NCBI GenBank assembly: GCA_040285745.1
Contig: JAUFOR010000002.1
Location: 806,001 to 870,000 of the forward strand
Reading direction: 5' to 3'
DNA length: 64,000 bases
Source of the DNA: Barthelona sp. PCE
Taxonomy: Eukaryota
Part shown: one piece after another, positions 31,885-42,351 of the stretch
Numbering within the stretch: position 1 is the first letter of the stretch
Layout: each line of letters opens with the position of its first letter
Position numbers and translations under genes: made by a program
Notes under the pieces: model-generated
What the model was told of the DNA's origin: nothing
Seen by the model: the letters and a program-made list of their open reading frames with translations, nothing else
The model's database searches: none

Positions 31885-33108
31885 ATGGATATCCCTCGTT
31901 TATTTATTGACGACTACGACTTCGCTGGTAAGCGTGTCTTTGTCAGATTAGACCTTAACCTCCCTATCAAGCGTGGTATCGTTTCTGATCCTTCCCGTGC
32001 TGTTATGGCAGTTCCTACCATTAAGCACATCATTGAGCAGAGCCCCAAGTCCGTTGTTCTTGCTTCTCACCTCGGTAGACCCAAGGGTAAGGTTAACGCC
32101 GAGTTCTCCCTTTCCCAGATTTGTGGTTTGCTCTCCAAGCTCCTTGGTCACCCCATCCAGATGCTCCCCGACTGTGTTGGTGAGGAAGTTGAAGCTATTG
32201 TCAACGGTTGTGCCCCCGGCACTGTTTTCCTTGCTGAGAACCTTCGTTTCCACGCTGAGGAAACTGGCAAAAAGGCTGAAGCCGAGGCCATCACTGAGTT
32301 CCGTCGTGGCCTCCGTGCCCTTGCTGACGTCTTTGTCAATGATGCTTTTGGCACCTCTCACCGTGCTCACTCTTCCATGGTTGGTGAGTTCTTCGATACC
32401 AGAATGGGTGGTTTCCTCTTAAAGAAGGAGATTGATTCATTTGGTCAGGTTCTTAACAACCCCGCCAAGCCTTACCTCGCTATCGTAGGTGGTGCCAAGG
32501 TTTCTGATAAGATCTTGCTCATTAAGTCACTTTCAAAGATGGTTGATAAGATCATCATTGGTGGTGGTATGGCTTACACATTCCTCAAGGTTATCAACGG
32601 TATGGAGATTGGTAAGTCCCTCTTTGATGCCAAGGGTGCTGAGATTGTTCCCGAGATTATGGCTACATGTGAGGAGAACGGTACTGAGGTCATTTTCCCA
32701 GTCGATTTCCTTGCTGCGGATGACTTCTCCAACGATGCTAACACAAAGGTGTGCACTGTTGAGGAAGGTATTCCTGAGAACTGGGAGGGTCTTGATATGG
32801 GTCCCGCTTCACGTGAGCTCGTTAACGAAATCATTACTAGCTGTAAGACTGTTGTCAACAACGGCCCTATGGGTGTTGCTGAATTCTCCACATTTGCTGA
32901 AGGTACTCGTACTGTTCTTCGCGCTATGGCTACCGTTACTAAGAACGGTGGTTTCACAGTTATTGGCGGTGGTGATTCTGCCTCCATCTGTCGTGATCTT
33001 GGTCTTGCCCCCGAGATCTCTTTCATCTCTACTGGTGGAGGTGCTTCCCTTGAGCTTCTTCAGGGTGTTGACTTGCCTGGTATTGTCTCCCTTTCTACCA
33101 AGAACTAA
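31885..33108 (+). CDS. PGK: Phosphoglycerate kinase
   Basis: Motifs GKRVFVRLDLN, SHLGRP, ENLRF, VNDAFGTSHRAHSS, GGAKVSDKI, GGGD and STGGGASLELLQG. Confidence 0.98.
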   Translation: MDIPRLFIDDYDFAGKRVFVRLDLNLPIKRGIVSDPSRAVMAVPTIKHIIEQSPKSVVLASHLGRPKGKVNAEFSLSQICGLLSKLLGHPIQMLPDCVGEEVEAIVNGCAPGTVFLAENLRFHAEETGKKAEAEAITEFRRGLRALADVFVNDAFGTSHRAHSSMVGEFFDTRMGGFLLKKEIDSFGQVLNNPAKPYLAIVGGAKVSDKILLIKSLSKMVDKIIIGGGMAYTFLKVINGMEIGKSLFDAKGAEIVPEIMATCEENGTEVIFPVDFLAADDFSNDANTKVCTVEEGIPENWEGLDMGPASRELVNEIITSCKTVVNNGPMGVAEFSTFAEGTRTVLRAMATVTKNGGFTVIGGGDSASICRDLGLAPEISFISTGGGASLELLQGVDLPGIVSLSTKN

Positions 33109-33129
33109 ATCGAATAAAACGTGTAGCTT

Positions 33130-35229
33130 TTACTCACTGCTATCAATTAAATTAGCAAATGTATTATATAGAAAGTGTTTTTTAGGAATCTTATCAAAAA
33201 TTTCCTTATAACCAACAAGGTTAGGAATGAAAAATGGTTTTTCTAACAAATCTCTTAACTTTCTCAATATTTCATCATTGCTTAAATCACAAAAAAATAA
33301 TAACTCTGAAAAAAGCGACAGATTAGTTTTAAAAAAAATATCCATATGTGTAGTAGTGATGGTTTCTACATCAGCTAGGCGTATGTAACCTAATAAACAA
33401 TAAATTGACTCCCTAATTACGTTCAGACGCATGCTCACTGTTTGATTTTCAGCATTTGACTTATTCGACTGTAATATCTCGCTTAATAACTTATAATTGA
33501 AATAACTTTTAAACTTGGCAACAAAACTGATAAACAAAGACAAATCTGAATCATCATCAGTCAATGTATTGAAGAAGATGAATACAAGACTTGGGACGAA
33601 GTACAACATATCATCCGGTAGTTTTTCATTAAGAAGCAGATGGCTGAAAAGGTCAACGAAAATTGAATGGTACTCATCGCTTCTATTAATCAACTCTTGC
33701 AAAAACTTTGTCAAAATCGCATCTCCTGTCTCCATGTTCCTCGTTACCACGGTTAAAAAGCATACTAAAAGAGACGAATTGCCTGCAAAAACGTCCATCA
33801 GTGTAACGGCATTTGCTGATCTTTTTCGTTTTGAAAGCTTTAACATCTTACCCAGTTTTGCAAAGAAAACCTCGCTCACCACATTACGCGGTGCCTTTGC
33901 GAGAAGAGACAGTAATGCTTGAAGAACATGCAGCTCACCAGTTAAAAAAGTAGTTAGCTTCCTACTAAGGCATTCGTACATCAGCTCAATCTCTATGTCA
34001 CCAATCGGTAGTCTCAGTAGGGATTCCGAGAACTCGATTGCGACCGACAGATCAGGAATAGAATCGATGATGAGTTCGGCAACGTGGTCAATTGCGTCGT
34101 CCTGTTTGATTGTGATGAATGCGTTCAAAAAATCAGGCAGTAGAACTAGGAAGATCGAATCGGAGGGCCATTGTGGAATAGAACTTAAAAGTATGGTGTG
34201 AGTTTGTTCGAATCTCTCGGGGAAGAAACTCAAAAAAAGACACAACAATCCGTTACCAAGGTTGAGCAGCTCTTTGTTGTCGCCAGATGCCAGTCTCAGG
34301 GGGGCGTTATGTACTGCCCTAAAGACAGTATCCCAATTTGCAGTGATGATCACTTCAGGGTATGTCTTAACCATACCGATAAGACACTTCAAAACGGTTA
34401 TAACAAAGCCGAAGTGGAACTCGTCCTCGCAGTTCGTTGGACAGTTTTCGTAAAGATAATTGCCCAATGCCTCGATTACACTTGACCCATTGCTGTCTGT
34501 TGCGCTTAACGCGGCCTCTTTTGTGGGATCCGAGCCGATGAACAGACGAAGTGCTGCAACCCTGTGTGTGATCGGCTGGGTGAACAGCAGCTTGTGAATT
34601 GATTGGAGCACAATCGAAACAACGGATAACGGAGCCTCGACGTTCGCCCGCGCCACCGATAGGATGTGGAAAATTGCGTGCAACAGAGCCTCTCTCTGGT
34701 CGGAAGTGATGCCTATGTCGATCACAACAGGTAGAACCCGTAAGCAACAGTCTGCAAAACAATTTTTCTTGAGCTCAGTGTCTTTGGTTAGACCTGCTCT
34801 CATTAAAAGCACTAAAGAACGCCCGATCTGGTGCTTGAGCTCCCTGCTGATAGCTGCTCCCTTCGAGTGCAACACCTTTATCAGTGCCACTGTTATTTTA
34901 CGTACCTGATAGCTATTGTCCAGTAATCCGTTCAACAGTTTTAGAATTGATCTTGCTCGTGATAGGAAAATACTGTGATTTTCAATGAGGCTGCAGCAAC
35001 CCTTGAATGCATCTAGACGCACCTTATCGTTATAATGTGTGAGTTTGGTATTAAGTTGTTCAAAAGTTTGCCCCTTTGAGGTTGTAGGCTCTGAATTCTC
35101 GTTAACAATGGACTGCTCAGTTATTTTAATGTTCCTGATGGATGTATCAATCTCAGTCTCATTACTACCCTTTGTTCTTTGTTTTTTGCGTGCTTTCTGT
35201 GCTTTCCTTGCCCTCTGTTTGTGCCCCAT
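33130..35229 (-). CDS. TEX10/Ipi1-like pre-rRNA processing protein (HEAT repeats)
   Basis: Basic N-terminus, then SNET..IKITEQSI and LTHYNDKVRLDA..LLDNSYQVRK, matching the Ipi1/TEX10 N-terminal pattern. Confidence 0.65.
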   Translation of the reverse strand: MGHKQRARKAQKARKKQRTKGSNETEIDTSIRNIKITEQSIVNENSEPTTSKGQTFEQLNTKLTHYNDKVRLDAFKGCCSLIENHSIFLSRARSILKLLNGLLDNSYQVRKITVALIKVLHSKGAAISRELKHQIGRSLVLLMRAGLTKDTELKKNCFADCCLRVLPVVIDIGITSDQREALLHAIFHILSVARANVEAPLSVVSIVLQSIHKLLFTQPITHRVAALRLFIGSDPTKEAALSATDSNGSSVIEALGNYLYENCPTNCEDEFHFGFVITVLKCLIGMVKTYPEVIITANWDTVFRAVHNAPLRLASGDNKELLNLGNGLLCLFLSFFPERFEQTHTILLSSIPQWPSDSIFLVLLPDFLNAFITIKQDDAIDHVAELIIDSIPDLSVAIEFSESLLRLPIGDIEIELMYECLSRKLTTFLTGELHVLQALLSLLAKAPRNVVSEVFFAKLGKMLKLSKRKRSANAVTLMDVFAGNSSLLVCFLTVVTRNMETGDAILTKFLQELINRSDEYHSIFVDLFSHLLLNEKLPDDMLYFVPSLVFIFFNTLTDDDSDLSLFISFVAKFKSYFNYKLLSEILQSNKSNAENQTVSMRLNVIRESIYCLLGYIRLADVETITTTHMDIFFKTNLSLFSELLFFCDLSNDEILRKLRDLLEKPFFIPNLVGYKEIFDKIPKKHFLYNTFANLIDSSE

Positions 35230-35417
35230 TTATATGTGTGCAAAAAGCGCTTCCTTAAGTGCTTTAAATGGAATGAAAAGGAATGAAGGTGGCAAAGCAA
35301 ATAGGATTGTTTCATCTAACACATTAATCTTGCTTGTTTACATATCCACACAGTTTATTTCAAAGAATGACCACATAGCAGTTGAAAGTTACCACAAAAA
35401 AGAGAGTGACCTGAATG

Positions 35418-35669
35418 TCAGCTATTAAACATATTTGATTCTTCTTTGGTGGTCTCCCTAGACACACAGCGTTCACACACAAATGTTTGACGTGAATATG
35501 TAATACCGGCTTTGAGAATGCAGTTTAAATGTGCTGGCTTATTGCAATAGCGACAATATAAAAAAGGACATTCTGTGGAGCTACAAAATATGCAGGTGGA
35601 CAGATTCTCATGATGAAAATCAATTTCTGGAGAGAACTTTGGAACGGTGGCAATAACGAAATGACTCAT
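35418..35669 (-). CDS. Small PHD-finger protein (83 aa)
   Basis: C4HC3 pattern CxxC..CxxC-x4-HxxC..FVCxxC. Confidence 0.7.
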   Translation of the reverse strand: MSHFVIATVPKFSPEIDFHHENLSTCIFCSSTECPFLYCRYCNKPAHLNCILKAGITYSRQTFVCERCVSRETTKEESNMFNS

Positions 35670-35908
35670 ATTATGTGTTTCTTGTTATAAAACGATGCAA
35701 AATGAAAGGTCAACAGTGTTGCACAGAATTAAAAGGTTATAAAGGAGTTAAATAACCTAAAACATTGAGTGAGACTTTCAATTTTTATACACTGTGCAGG
35801 GCCCTGTAAAAAGAATAAACAAGGCGTCTGAGCCTGGTCAAACTTCTTTGATTCAACACTGTTTTGTAAAAATATTTTCTCCTCCTTTTCTTTTTTTAAT
35901 CTTTGAAT

Positions 35909-36949
35909 ATGACAAATTTGAAGCTACTCATTGTTTACTTAGCTTTATTTGCAACGGCTTTTTCTCTGACACGTGAGGAATGTGTTACTGTACTTACTCT
36001 CAAGCATGACGTCTCTGAGCTTCAAACTAAGATTGCAGGTAAGCTTTGTACCTCTATTTCTTATAGAACCCAAGTTCAAAATCGAATGACCGCTTTTTGT
36101 GAACAACATGATGTTGCAATTACTCCATTTGAAAAGTGCTATAAGTTCATCACTAAGTCTAATGTTGCAAATTTCGTTCCAAACATCGCCCACCGTGTTC
36201 AAAACTCTAGGTTTGCCTTCCACGGAGTTGATTTTATTCGTGAGCTCATTTCTGAGCAAATCGATATTCCTTCAACGTTACCAGGTGTTGACCCCAGCCA
36301 GTGGCCATCAACCCCTCACGAAGGTGCTTGCGATTGTCATGACAATGATCGTATCGATGTATCTTTCAGTTTCGGCGTTATGCACGCTGATGGTGTTCCA
36401 TATGAAAAAGAAAGTGTCCGCGGTGCTCTCTGCCCCAGACTCGGCTGCGTCCTTTCTGAGCTCATCATGAAACCTGCCCCTCTGCGTTATAATATCCCAA
36501 TCAAACTTACTGATCTTGCTCCTTCTCCCCACTCTCATCGCCACTGCAGACGCCGTGGTTTGTTCAGAAAGAAGAGGTGCAGCACTACTGTTTACCCTTC
36601 AATCACATATTCAGGAAGCAACACTATCGATGTTTACTTTACCAAGCTTCACTCATTCAACTCGATTCGCAATGGCGAACAAATTTATGTTAACCTAAAG
36701 GCTTCCGATCAACCTCTTAGAACTGCTGGGAGCGGATGGCTTGAAAGCTTTAACGCTGTTAAGACAAAGGGAAGTGTTGTTGATCATGGAACTCACTTTG
36801 AAGATACTCGTCGTCAAACCTCTGCTCTGTACAAGGTCAGTGGATCCCCTGATCCTGAACGTATCATCTCTGGTGATATTGTGTGCTTTGGTCACCCTAC
36901 ATGTGCCGGTATGAAGACCTTTGCAATCAGCTTTGTTCACGAACTATAG
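35909..36949 (+). CDS. Secreted Cys-containing hypothetical protein
   Basis: Signal peptide, 346 aa ORF, biased codon usage (CGT, GGT, TCT). Confidence 0.75.
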   Translation: MTNLKLLIVYLALFATAFSLTREECVTVLTLKHDVSELQTKIAGKLCTSISYRTQVQNRMTAFCEQHDVAITPFEKCYKFITKSNVANFVPNIAHRVQNSRFAFHGVDFIRELISEQIDIPSTLPGVDPSQWPSTPHEGACDCHDNDRIDVSFSFGVMHADGVPYEKESVRGALCPRLGCVLSELIMKPAPLRYNIPIKLTDLAPSPHSHRHCRRRGLFRKKRCSTTVYPSITYSGSNTIDVYFTKLHSFNSIRNGEQIYVNLKASDQPLRTAGSGWLESFNAVKTKGSVVDHGTHFEDTRRQTSALYKVSGSPDPERIISGDIVCFGHPTCAGMKTFAISFVHEL

Positions 36950-37082
36950 TTTGATATATTTTTTGTAAAGTGTTTTTTTGATTATATGCATGGTCTGTAA
37001 AGATATTGTGATAGTTTTGAACATAGGAATTGGAAATAATGCCTAGAATTAATTGTTTTATTTTTATCACCCATTTCTCAAA

Positions 37083-37700
37083 ATGCATCTTGTTTGTCTA
37101 ACCATGTTCTATCGTTCGGGGAATGATGCCCATTTCTTGGGTAGTTCAAAGTCTCTCAACCACATAGGATTCTTTCAACGTCGTGCTGTTGCTCAATTTG
37201 CTAATTTTGGACTAAGAACCATTGCACAACGTGCAGAAATAGGCCGATTCACTGCAGTAAGAGACGAAGCTGTTGGTCACTACTCTTGCGTATATATTAA
37301 TGCTCAAGGACTTGGTGTGGGTCTAATTTGTGATGATGAATACTATAATTACTCAGAAAATGGTCAGGCGACCATGACAATCTGCCACAAGGTGCTCAGA
37401 ACATATCAGAAGGAGAGTAATTTTGATTTCCGCGTAAACGAAGATTGTGAGTCTGGTTTTACTGATCGTCTTAGCGGATTTTTATCTGAATTTGCTGAGC
37501 CTGGAAGCGCAGATAAACTCGGAGCTTTGCGCAAACAACTGGATACAACCACGGGTATTGTGCATGATAATCTTAGCAAGATGATGCGTATTGGAGAAGA
37601 CTTGGATCGTCTTGTTGCAGATACAGATGATTTAAATGCAGTTTCAAGAGGTTTCTATACTCAGGCTCGCCGTGCTAATCGATGCAATTGTCGTCGTTAA
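37083..37700 (+). CDS. YKT6: Ykt6-like longin SNARE
   Basis: Longin domain with GFFQRRAVAQF, ADKL linker and SNARE coil GEDLDRLV..SRGFYTQARRAN. Cys-containing C-terminus and no TM helix. Confidence 0.8.
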   Translation: MHLVCLTMFYRSGNDAHFLGSSKSLNHIGFFQRRAVAQFANFGLRTIAQRAEIGRFTAVRDEAVGHYSCVYINAQGLGVGLICDDEYYNYSENGQATMTICHKVLRTYQKESNFDFRVNEDCESGFTDRLSGFLSEFAEPGSADKLGALRKQLDTTTGIVHDNLSKMMRIGEDLDRLVADTDDLNAVSRGFYTQARRANRCNCRR

Positions 37701-37737
37701 TATGTTAATAAAAATAATAGAAATGAAAAATTTCCAT

Positions 37738-38484
37738 TTACTCACTCAAGAACATCTCCCTGAGAATACGCTTCGTATCTGCGGGGGTCTCAACTGCATG
37801 TCCAATGACATCTGGATGTGTATAAATCTCATGATCGTTACCACCCTTGTAGACTTTATCGCCAAAAAAGTGTATCTCTTCGTAGTGTTCTTTAACGAAT
37901 TGAAGACAATAAGTCTTGTCCCAACCATTAGGGAACACGTCTATGGATATTTGGCCACCAATGGAGAATGTGAGACCGAAACGCTCACCAAAACGTTCAC
38001 GTAGTTCTCCAACAATTGCCTCCCTGATGTTATGCTCCATATCATATTCATAGAACTCATTACGCTCAGCTCTTGAAACTGCACGGCCACACGGGCTAAT
38101 GTTGAGCATTCCTGTCCTGAACTCAATAAAAGTACCACGTTTCTTTGGGAGTGTTACCTGTGCAAATCTATGAAGAACAAAATTGATCAATTCCTGAAGA
38201 TTATCATCGCCAAGCACCTGAACGATGGAGTTAGAGTGGATTTTTTCACCATTCTTGTATCCAACAACACCATTTTCACTAAAATTGTAATCAAAGTGTT
38301 CACGACAGTTTTGCCCCAATTGCTCAAGTTGTTTGGCCGCATCGCTACCTCCCACAACACCAACATCGACATCTGGAAGCGAACGAAGCTGACTGATGAT
38401 ATCCTTCATTTCATCATCGATAAGACCACGTGCAGGCGTGAGTGTACCATCGACATCAAACAATACAATCTTCTTAGGACACAT
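37738..38484 (-). CDS. PMM: Eukaryotic phosphomannomutase (HAD family)
   Basis: Motifs LFDVDGTLT, VGGSD, FSENG, KRGTFIEFRTGMLN, GGQISIDVFP.GWDK and FFGDK..GGND.EI. Confidence 0.97.
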   Translation of the reverse strand: MCPKKIVLFDVDGTLTPARGLIDDEMKDIISQLRSLPDVDVGVVGGSDAAKQLEQLGQNCREHFDYNFSENGVVGYKNGEKIHSNSIVQVLGDDNLQELINFVLHRFAQVTLPKKRGTFIEFRTGMLNISPCGRAVSRAERNEFYEYDMEHNIREAIVGELRERFGERFGLTFSIGGQISIDVFPNGWDKTYCLQFVKEHYEEIHFFGDKVYKGGNDHEIYTHPDVIGHAVETPADTKRILREMFLSE

Positions 38485-38627
38485 TGAAACTATTGAATAT
38501 CCACAAAAAGGTAATCAAAAGGTATAACGAGTTAGTTGACCCGTTTTGATTTTTTTGTCCTATTTCTACAATGCAGGCCTGTGTCAAGACATCAAAGTTC
38601 ATAGTGTACTGTCAAGCAAGAGCTAAT

Positions 38628-40679
38628 ATGCCAGACCGCATAAAAATCGAATTGAAAACCCACAGATCATCATCCCATTCCATTGATTCTGTTCAAACTG
38701 AAATCAAAAGCATCTCTTATACTGAAAAGGAGGTGTCATTTGATGATTATCCCGATGTATTCACTTATACTGTTTTATACGCTGTTTCAGCTAAAGACGT
38801 TGCAGTTTATGTTCTCCCTCTTGTATCAAATGATCGAGTAATCACAGCCAATAAGGTCCCTTACTCATTTGGCCCTTTTATGAAGATTCCTATGCCAAAG
38901 TTAATTGACATTGTTCCTTTGAATGCCAAAGATTTGGACGGTTGGGAACCATCCCAGTCTAACAGGTGCTTTGTGCTCCTCCGTGGAGGTAAGTTAGGTA
39001 TGGTTGAGCTGGGGAGCATCTTTGAAGAGAGCTTCATTTTCCCTCAGTTCAACTTTGATTACAAAGAGTTCGAAAAAGAAGACGCCAAGAGATGCTTCAA
39101 AAAGGTCCCCGTTCGCAACGTCCACCTGCTTCAGGCATTTGGTGATGAGATCTATTGCATCAACAGCGGGGAAGGCGGATTTGACATCATTAATTTGCAG
39201 ACTGCAAAAACCGAATTTTCGTTCCAGCACAAGGATGCATTACCCGTTACACTGAAGAAAGAACAAGGACTCTGGTTTGTTGGATTGAACAATGCAGAAA
39301 TCATAGTTCTCAATGAGGAATTCGAGCTCATCAATTCATTTAACGAATGTGTTGAGCCCAACGGAAATTTCCGATTTGCCATTGAGAATCACTCCTCCAA
39401 AGAGCTGGTGCACATTGTTATCCACAATGATGAGCACATATATCACGTGATGTTCAATGCCAATGACGGCACGTTCAGGATTGTCGATGACGTATTTGTG
39501 ATGCCGTCTTTCATCGTGACAGGTGTGCTGATCCTCAGTGACGAACTGTTTGTCTACCAAAACAGACACACACTCGTTAACAGAAGATCTATGGGAGTTC
39601 AATTCCCTGATGGCTATGAGTGCAAGACACCAAAGCCGGAACCCATCATTGTGGCTGAGCCTGAAAAGATCCCAGAGGAGCCAAAGGAGGCCGTTGAGAT
39701 TGACTTACAGAAGGATGATGAAGATGAGGATGAAGATACAGCTGCTGCTACTCATGAGCGTCAGATGAGTAACCTACTTGAGACCATAGCCTCTGTCTCC
39801 ACACCACGCACGTCAATATCCAAGAAATCACGAACACCCTCGGTTGAACTGGAAGAAGAGCCGCATTTTGATATGTCAGCAGTCACTGCTTTGATAGAGG
39901 CCGCAGTTGATCCACTACAGGAACGCCTCGTTACTCTTGAGGAACAAAATGATACATTAGCATCTCAGCTTGCAGATAAGGAGAGAGAGTTTAAGGGTGT
40001 TTTTGATAAGATTCATGGTCGTCAAGAAAAATTGAGTTCTGCTGTCAAAACTTACAGCAAGAGTATTAAGGAGGTTATTGAGCGTACCTCACACTCGTTC
40101 AGAGAACACACCCGTGTTTTAGAGCAATTAACGACAGATCAACAGAAGTCTCATAAGAAAATCAACAAGAATTTAACCAGCATCAATCAGTTAAAGAAGA
40201 AACCCAAGGTCAGCGACCAGCAAGTTGTTGTCAGGGAATTGCAAAAGTCGTTTAACGGTCTGCGCAAGTCCTTACAGAAGCTGAAACAAGATTTCGATAA
40301 CAAGTTGGAAGATATCAGTACCGGTGGAGGAGTACCGGTCGCTGCTGGAGAGAATCAGACATTGGCGCTCATGCATCTTCACATGTTGCTTGAGGCCAGC
40401 ACCTTTGACACTTTTGATTTTGAGGCAAATAAGCCAGCTGATGTTTTACAAAATTTGAGCACTATGTTGACATCAGCAATGAGCTTTGTGAGGATCGAGG
40501 TTGTTCTCCCATGGATTAATTACATTCTCATTGAGTACACTGTTGACAATTCGACGTTTGACTACTTTTTAGAGTTGGCCAACAACCTTCTTGAACAGAT
40601 GGTCAGAGAGACTCCCGAGAACTGCGTCTTCATCGCTCCCATCATCAAAACATGTGTTAATGCAATCAGATCACAGTAA
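38628..40679 (+). CDS. Beta-propeller / coiled-coil / helical protein, possibly divergent EDC4 (Ge-1)
   Basis: Beta-rich N-terminal half, acidic/Ser linker, long coiled coil and helical C-terminal domain. Start could be 38571 or 38628. The EDC4 identity is tentative. Confidence 0.6.
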   Translation: MPDRIKIELKTHRSSSHSIDSVQTEIKSISYTEKEVSFDDYPDVFTYTVLYAVSAKDVAVYVLPLVSNDRVITANKVPYSFGPFMKIPMPKLIDIVPLNAKDLDGWEPSQSNRCFVLLRGGKLGMVELGSIFEESFIFPQFNFDYKEFEKEDAKRCFKKVPVRNVHLLQAFGDEIYCINSGEGGFDIINLQTAKTEFSFQHKDALPVTLKKEQGLWFVGLNNAEIIVLNEEFELINSFNECVEPNGNFRFAIENHSSKELVHIVIHNDEHIYHVMFNANDGTFRIVDDVFVMPSFIVTGVLILSDELFVYQNRHTLVNRRSMGVQFPDGYECKTPKPEPIIVAEPEKIPEEPKEAVEIDLQKDDEDEDEDTAAATHERQMSNLLETIASVSTPRTSISKKSRTPSVELEEEPHFDMSAVTALIEAAVDPLQERLVTLEEQNDTLASQLADKEREFKGVFDKIHGRQEKLSSAVKTYSKSIKEVIERTSHSFREHTRVLEQLTTDQQKSHKKINKNLTSINQLKKKPKVSDQQVVVRELQKSFNGLRKSLQKLKQDFDNKLEDISTGGGVPVAAGENQTLALMHLHMLLEASTFDTFDFEANKPADVLQNLSTMLTSAMSFVRIEVVLPWINYILIEYTVDNSTFDYFLELANNLLEQMVRETPENCVFIAPIIKTCVNAIRSQ

Positions 40680-40703
40680 ACTGAAAAGATTTTTATTGAA
40701 TGG

Positions 40704-42251
40704 TTAGAAAGTAGTGCTACGCAGCATACCATAAGAACGTTGTTTCCTCTTATTAGCCTCGACCTTATCAGCCATTGCCTCATCAGTTTCAGTTTGTTCG
40801 CCAAACGTTGCTGAAACAATATCCTGAAGCTTAACATCCTTAAACTGTTCGTCATTCTGTAATGCGTGTAAGAAACGCTCATCGATCTGTGTGTTCTCCA
40901 GAAGTTCCTTATCCTCTTCCTCTTCATTGATAGGAAGATCCAGTTTGAGCTCCTCTTCCTTCTTCTTCCGCATATATTCCTCCATAAACGAAAGACGAGT
41001 CTTGCTGTTAAGCTTGTTGAAGAGCTTGACATCCATATAGAAACCGTTCATGTATGGTCTTAGCAGTTTTGTTCCCAATAAACTCTCTGCACCCAATTCA
41101 ATAATACGTTCATGACTCACAAACTTGAAATTGTCATACACAACCGTCTGCTGTGAGAGTTCCTCAACAATGAGGTCAATGGACTGGATCCACGTGGGTG
41201 CGATACCGAGTTCTGGCATGTAATAACCCAAAACAGCAGTATCTTGACTTGAGCAGAACACAAGACCATCTTTCCCCGTCATGCATATGTTGTTGATTGG
41301 TTTCACTGGTTTGAATGATGTACGCATTTTAAAATCGTTATCATCGGTGATATCAAAGACTTTAATGTTCCTAGAGTCTGTGCAAAATAACGAGTCACTA
41401 TCTTCATGAAATTGCACATCAATAACAGGTAGATCGCTGAAGAACTCAACTATTGAAAGTGGCTTTTTGCTTCTTAAATCAAAATAGCCAAGCTTATCAC
41501 CACAGCCAATTGCAATTTTCATACCTGAAGGATGGAACTTAGCGCAGAGTGATTCAATACCGCATTCAACACTGGGCTCTAGGACACTGACGAGGTTGAG
41601 TGTGTTTACGATCTCAAAAGAACGTGGATCAACAAAGTGTGCAAGTCCACTGTTTGTTGTTACACAGATGAGCTTATGCTCAGGTGCGACATCAACACAA
41701 AGCGACTCGGTGCAGTTTGGCAGCTCTAAAGGAGCATAGAATCGGCCCTCCTCGAGCGATAATCGTAGAAGCTGAGGTGCTGCCAAGGTGAACAACAGAT
41801 CAGCTGAGTAATCAAGGTATGCCATGTCCCTGCCGTATGTGGGTAGGCGGAACCTGAAGTGGCCTTTTCCCTTGTCGTGGAAGCTTATATATCGGTCATA
41901 ATGCATGAGAACCATTTTGCCATAGTCATCATCAAGGTTAAGAATTTTTTTTGCTTCAGAATCCATGTTTCTCTGTAGTAACATTGAAAGTTCATCCAGC
42001 TCCCAAATCCTCATCTGTGGAGGGTAGTTTCCAACACCTATAATGAGTCTTTGATCATTTGAATAAGTAATATAGCTGCTAGATCCCGGAAATTCGAAAT
42101 CCTGCACTACAGAACTCACTCCTGTCTTCTTTTGAGCTCCTTTCCTTCGTTTAACGAATGATGGAGCAACTGTGCTGGAAGTTAAGCTATAAATCTTAAA
42201 ATCGCTTGCAGTTGGTATTTCGCGTATGCTGCTGCCCCTGATTGCGGTCAT
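40704..42251 (-). CDS. NOL10: Nucleolar protein 10 / Enp2
   Basis: Motifs VQDFEFP, GNYPPQMR, DDDYGKMV, YGRDM, RLSLEEGRF, LGIAPTW, VYDNFKFV and LRPYMNGFY. Confidence 0.92.
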   Translation of the reverse strand: MTAIRGSSIREIPTASDFKIYSLTSSTVAPSFVKRRKGAQKKTGVSSVVQDFEFPGSSSYITYSNDQRLIIGVGNYPPQMRIWELDELSMLLQRNMDSEAKKILNLDDDYGKMVLMHYDRYISFHDKGKGHFRFRLPTYGRDMAYLDYSADLLFTLAAPQLLRLSLEEGRFYAPLELPNCTESLCVDVAPEHKLICVTTNSGLAHFVDPRSFEIVNTLNLVSVLEPSVECGIESLCAKFHPSGMKIAIGCGDKLGYFDLRSKKPLSIVEFFSDLPVIDVQFHEDSDSLFCTDSRNIKVFDITDDNDFKMRTSFKPVKPINNICMTGKDGLVFCSSQDTAVLGYYMPELGIAPTWIQSIDLIVEELSQQTVVYDNFKFVSHERIIELGAESLLGTKLLRPYMNGFYMDVKLFNKLNSKTRLSFMEEYMRKKKEEELKLDLPINEEEEDKELLENTQIDERFLHALQNDEQFKDVKLQDIVSATFGEQTETDEAMADKVEANKRKQRSYGMLRSTTF

Positions 42252-42351
42252 TTCGTAGTAGTTTGTGTGAAATTGGTAGTAAAACGAATAACAAGTAAAT
42301 TGTTAGTGTTTTATAACTCCAGTTCTAACACCGTTTTTAACTAGACGGTGC

